Shown piece after piece: positions 61,020 through 64,000 of a stretch of DNA of 64,000 nucleotides. The DNA is taken from assembly GCA_904063045.1 (NCBI GenBank), contig CAJFCJ010000046.1, forward strand, positions 79,369 through 143,368, given 5' to 3'. Origin of the DNA: Dimorphilus gyrociliatus (lineage: Eukaryota; Animalia; Annelida). Each line of letters starts with the position of its first letter. The stretch's first letter is position 1. The position numbers were made by a program, and so were the translations under genes. Under the pieces are notes generated by a model, which was given only the letters and a program-made list of their open reading frames with translations, was not told the DNA's origin and ran no database searches.

Positions 61020-62027
61020 TAAAGAATCTTCTAAAGGAAGAAGAGTTCATCATTTGTTTGAGAGGGTTGGGCATTTTATCAAAGAATTGCAATGACTCTT
61101 TAGATGAAATTCTTGAAAAAAACTGGTAGAGATATTAGATGTATTGGCAAGTTTTGGCGATGTATCACCTTACAGGAATCTATGCAAGAAGATACAGGGT
61201 TTCTGGGATACTGTATTAAAAGAGATGAAAAAATCCACTCTAAGGAGGATAGGTACTCTGCCAAAATTTCCATATTTCGATACTAAACCCAGATTAGATA
61301 GTATAGATAACATTATCGCACCAATAAAAATCCTCAAACAAAATGAACGAGTCTATTACAAACAAGGACATTTAGTGGAAGAAGGTGACTTTATTACGAT
61401 TTTGAAGACAGCTTCCAGGGTACTTATAACAGGTGAAGCCGGTATTGGAATATTACAATATTATATATCGGAAGAATGCGAAGATTGAAAGAGAAAGATT
61501 CTCTTCTTATTAGACAGAGCCAACGAATTAAAATTCAATGAAATGGAAGTCTACAATTTCATCCATAAAAAACAAATTACAAAACATTCTCTTATTGTTT
61601 GGACAAGAAATATTAAATTGAAGGAAATTGAATTGATTAACAACGTTGTTCTAGAAATTATAGGCTTTAGCAATGAACCAAAACTGGTATTGTTTCAAAA
61701 ATATTTTAACAAAACTAATCAAACAAATTGAGGTAGAAAACAATTTTTCAATTCTGATTCAAATATTGTAGAACTGCAAAGTACAAAACTGTATAATTTT
61801 CTAAAAGTGGAAAGGGAAGAATTATTGGAATGTTGTAAAAGTCCTTTAATTGCAATTCTTGCAGCTGAAATCTGGGAAAGGAAGGGAGCAAGTCTGGAAT
61901 ACTGCAATATTTTCAACGATACCATTCAAATTCTCTTCAACAAATCAAAAAATAGAAATTTAAATTATAAAGCTGAAGAACTCATTGACGAATTAAATCT
62001 ATTAAATATCGATTTTGTCATGGAATC
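61020..62027 (+). pseudogene. NACHT-type NLR fragment
   Basis: RVLITGEAGIG (Walker A, truncated), LIVWTR (sensor-1-like), EIIGFS..KYF and CKSPLIAILAAEIW; frameshifts and internal deletion; cut by an LTR at 62028. Confidence 0.7.
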
Positions 62028-62448
62028 TGTACTTTGTTGTATTGTAATTGTAGGAATTTCTGCTTCTTCAGAACAGTATTCTTCCTTTCCAATCATTTAT
62101 CAATTTATGAAAGTACTGGTCCAATTAGAACCTTTCAAGTTCGTCCACAAATAGTAATTTTGGTAGAAATAATTCCACAAAATACCAGTATTTCGTCCAA
62201 AGAATATGTATTGAGTAAATGAGTTTCTAGTTCTAAACAAGTAAGTTTAAACAACCAGTTAACGGTTAAAGAACTGAACTGACAAGCTGAGGAAATGCAT
62301 TTCCTTTTATACATTTTCCAAAGCTTGGGTTCAATTGGTCAAAGGATTACAAAGTTGAAATCTGACGGTCTCATAATTCTCATGTAACAAAAATATGAAA
62401 GACTGTTATATCACACATATAAAATATAATCCTAAGATTAGGGCCACA
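62028..62448 (-). mobile_element. Solo LTR-like element of the sister Gypsy family
   Basis: Minus-strand 3' end ..CAAAGTACA without a PBS matches 53099-53177; putative TGTGG start at 62448; TSD not found. Confidence 0.65.
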
Positions 62449-62469
62449 TGCCAAACATGTGCCACAGCA

Positions 62470-62760
62470 AATAGGCCTGTCTCATCAGCATCTGGTGTTT
62501 GACCTGCATCTTTTCCATGTTCTTTGTTCCTTTGTTAATTCCCCAAGTAGCCACCATCTGTTACAGTCAAAGAGTCTATTTCTTACGAAATAGAGTTCTT
62601 TCTAAAGTACTAAAAGCTAACTCTACGAAATAAAAGTCTTTCTAAAGTTCCACCACTATAATTCCTACAAAATATAAGTATTTCTATAGTTGCACCAGTC
62701 TAATTCCTATAAAATAGAAGTCTTTCTAATGTACCCTTATATCTAAGTGCACACAGGAAA
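62470..62760 (-). repeat. Dispersed repeat family with ~40-bp subrepeats (copy 3)
   Basis: Reverse complement matches 36384-36560 and 58540-58900. Confidence 0.8.
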
Positions 62761-63123
62761 ACCTCAGGATTAAAACTTTAATGAAGGAAAGTAGGGGAAT
62801 TGCTTGTTGAAGAGACTGAAGATATAATTTCCACCAAGGTAATGAACTCTGCCAAAAGGCAAAGACAGTAAAAAAGTTTGAAGTCAGAGAAAAGGATTTA
62901 CAAACAACAAAAGAAAAAGTATATTGACATTGTGCGATGATTTCAAGTTAGACAAATTGACATCTATTGATTTATTATGACTGACATTTCATGTCTACTC
63001 TCCACCATAAAATATCATTAATCTAACTCTTGTTCTTTAACAAAATATTTAGTCTTTGTTTTTCCAGATTTACAGTATTGTAACTGACTGGGATGATATG
63101 GAAGAGATTTGGCATCATACCTT

Positions 63124-63790
63124 CTACTTCAATTTTCTTTCAATTCCTATATTTTCATCCAACATAACATATTCTAATGAAGACAAATTTTGAAATAGTT
63201 GTTGGAGGAATTCAACTTGTTCATCATTTTTAATACACTTCTCCATATATAAATTCTTTAAACATTTGGCAGAGGATTGAAGACCTTTGCATACCATTTT
63301 TAATCCATCTTCCATATTTGGATTAAATGATAATTCAATAGTTTCTATTGAAATACAATGTTGAAGCATTTCAACAGATAAAACTACATGTTTTAATGAT
63401 GAACAATAATGAAATAGTTCTCCTATAAGTTCAGCTTCAATGCACTCTTTTAATAGTTTTCCTAGAATTTTGGCTTGTTCTTCATTCAACTTGCACGAAT
63501 TTAGTGTAATCTCCTTTAACTTGTTTGAAGAATATTGAAGTCCATGCAAAAAAAACTTCAATCCATCCTTCACATAATAATTATCAGTGAAATTTACATT
63601 TTCTAATGAAGAGAGACTCTTAAGTTTTTCTTCTAACCAATCCATGCCATCTCCTTTAAAGCCACATTCAATGATGTGGAGTTGTTTCAAAGTGTTTGGA
63701 CAGGATTGAACTGCCTTAGAAACCAATTTAGACACACTTTTCACAATTTCTAAATCAGTTGAATAAATCCATAATAGGAGACTAAATAAT
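63124..63790 (-). pseudogene. RI-like/NLR-type LRR exon
   Basis: LENVNFTDNYYVKDGLKFFLHGL..LKEITLNSCKLNEEQA; same family as 20915-22230; appears internally deleted. Confidence 0.8.
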
Positions 63791-64000
63791 AGTTTGAAAA
63801 AATGGGTATGCCTAAACTATACATATAGATATCCCAAGCAAATCTGATCAATAAATAGTTTCTGCTGTCGAATTTTAGTTTAATATTTATTTAATTATAA
63901 TATAAATTTCTAGATTATTAAAAAACTTGTTTATAAAAGATTTTGTCTATATTCAGAAAAGACAATTAGATAAATACAGAATAAAGTCTATAACCTTTGA

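Noticed and set aside
62470-62500. Hammerhead ribozyme (CTGATGAG on the minus strand)
   Set aside because: No GAAA core or closing stems could be found downstream; the same applies to CTGATGA at 36564 and 52012.

Overview
AT-rich eukaryotic (invertebrate) genomic DNA with short introns. The gene repertoire (F-type lectin, discoidin, MAM, PAN, NLR-type LRR) suggests a compact lophotrochozoan genome, which is inference only. The centrepiece is a ~9.1 kb Ty3/Gypsy LTR element (42177-51322) with LTRs, a tRNA-Ser-like PBS, a PPT and gag-PR-RT-RNaseH-IN. Unusually, these are followed by a SECOND aspartic protease, an acidic repeat region resembling a poly-SUMO-interacting-motif array, an internal signal sequence and a class III (gB/rhabdovirus-G-like) envelope glycoprotein. 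Its pol is broken only by single-base indels, nearly all in homopolymer runs, so the element may really be one intact ~2600-aa Gag-Pol-PR2-Env polyprotein. Other mobile DNA: a Penelope-like RT fragment with an upstream ORF ending at a GGGAAAC slippery site, a DD35E Tc1, a mariner relic, several MULE derivatives, a TTAGGG-rich MITE family with 9-bp TSDs, and sister Gypsy remnants. Host genes: an ABCC4-like transporter, a type II TM-SEA-multi-MAM pseudo-protease, lectin/discoidin multidomain genes, an orphan GPCR, a KY/hillarin-like fragment with a dynein-MTBD-like tail, and many NLR/LRR pseudogene fragments. No rRNA, tRNA or CRISPR was seen. There is a 35-N assembly gap at 43623-43657. All homology calls are by eye from motifs; no searches were run.
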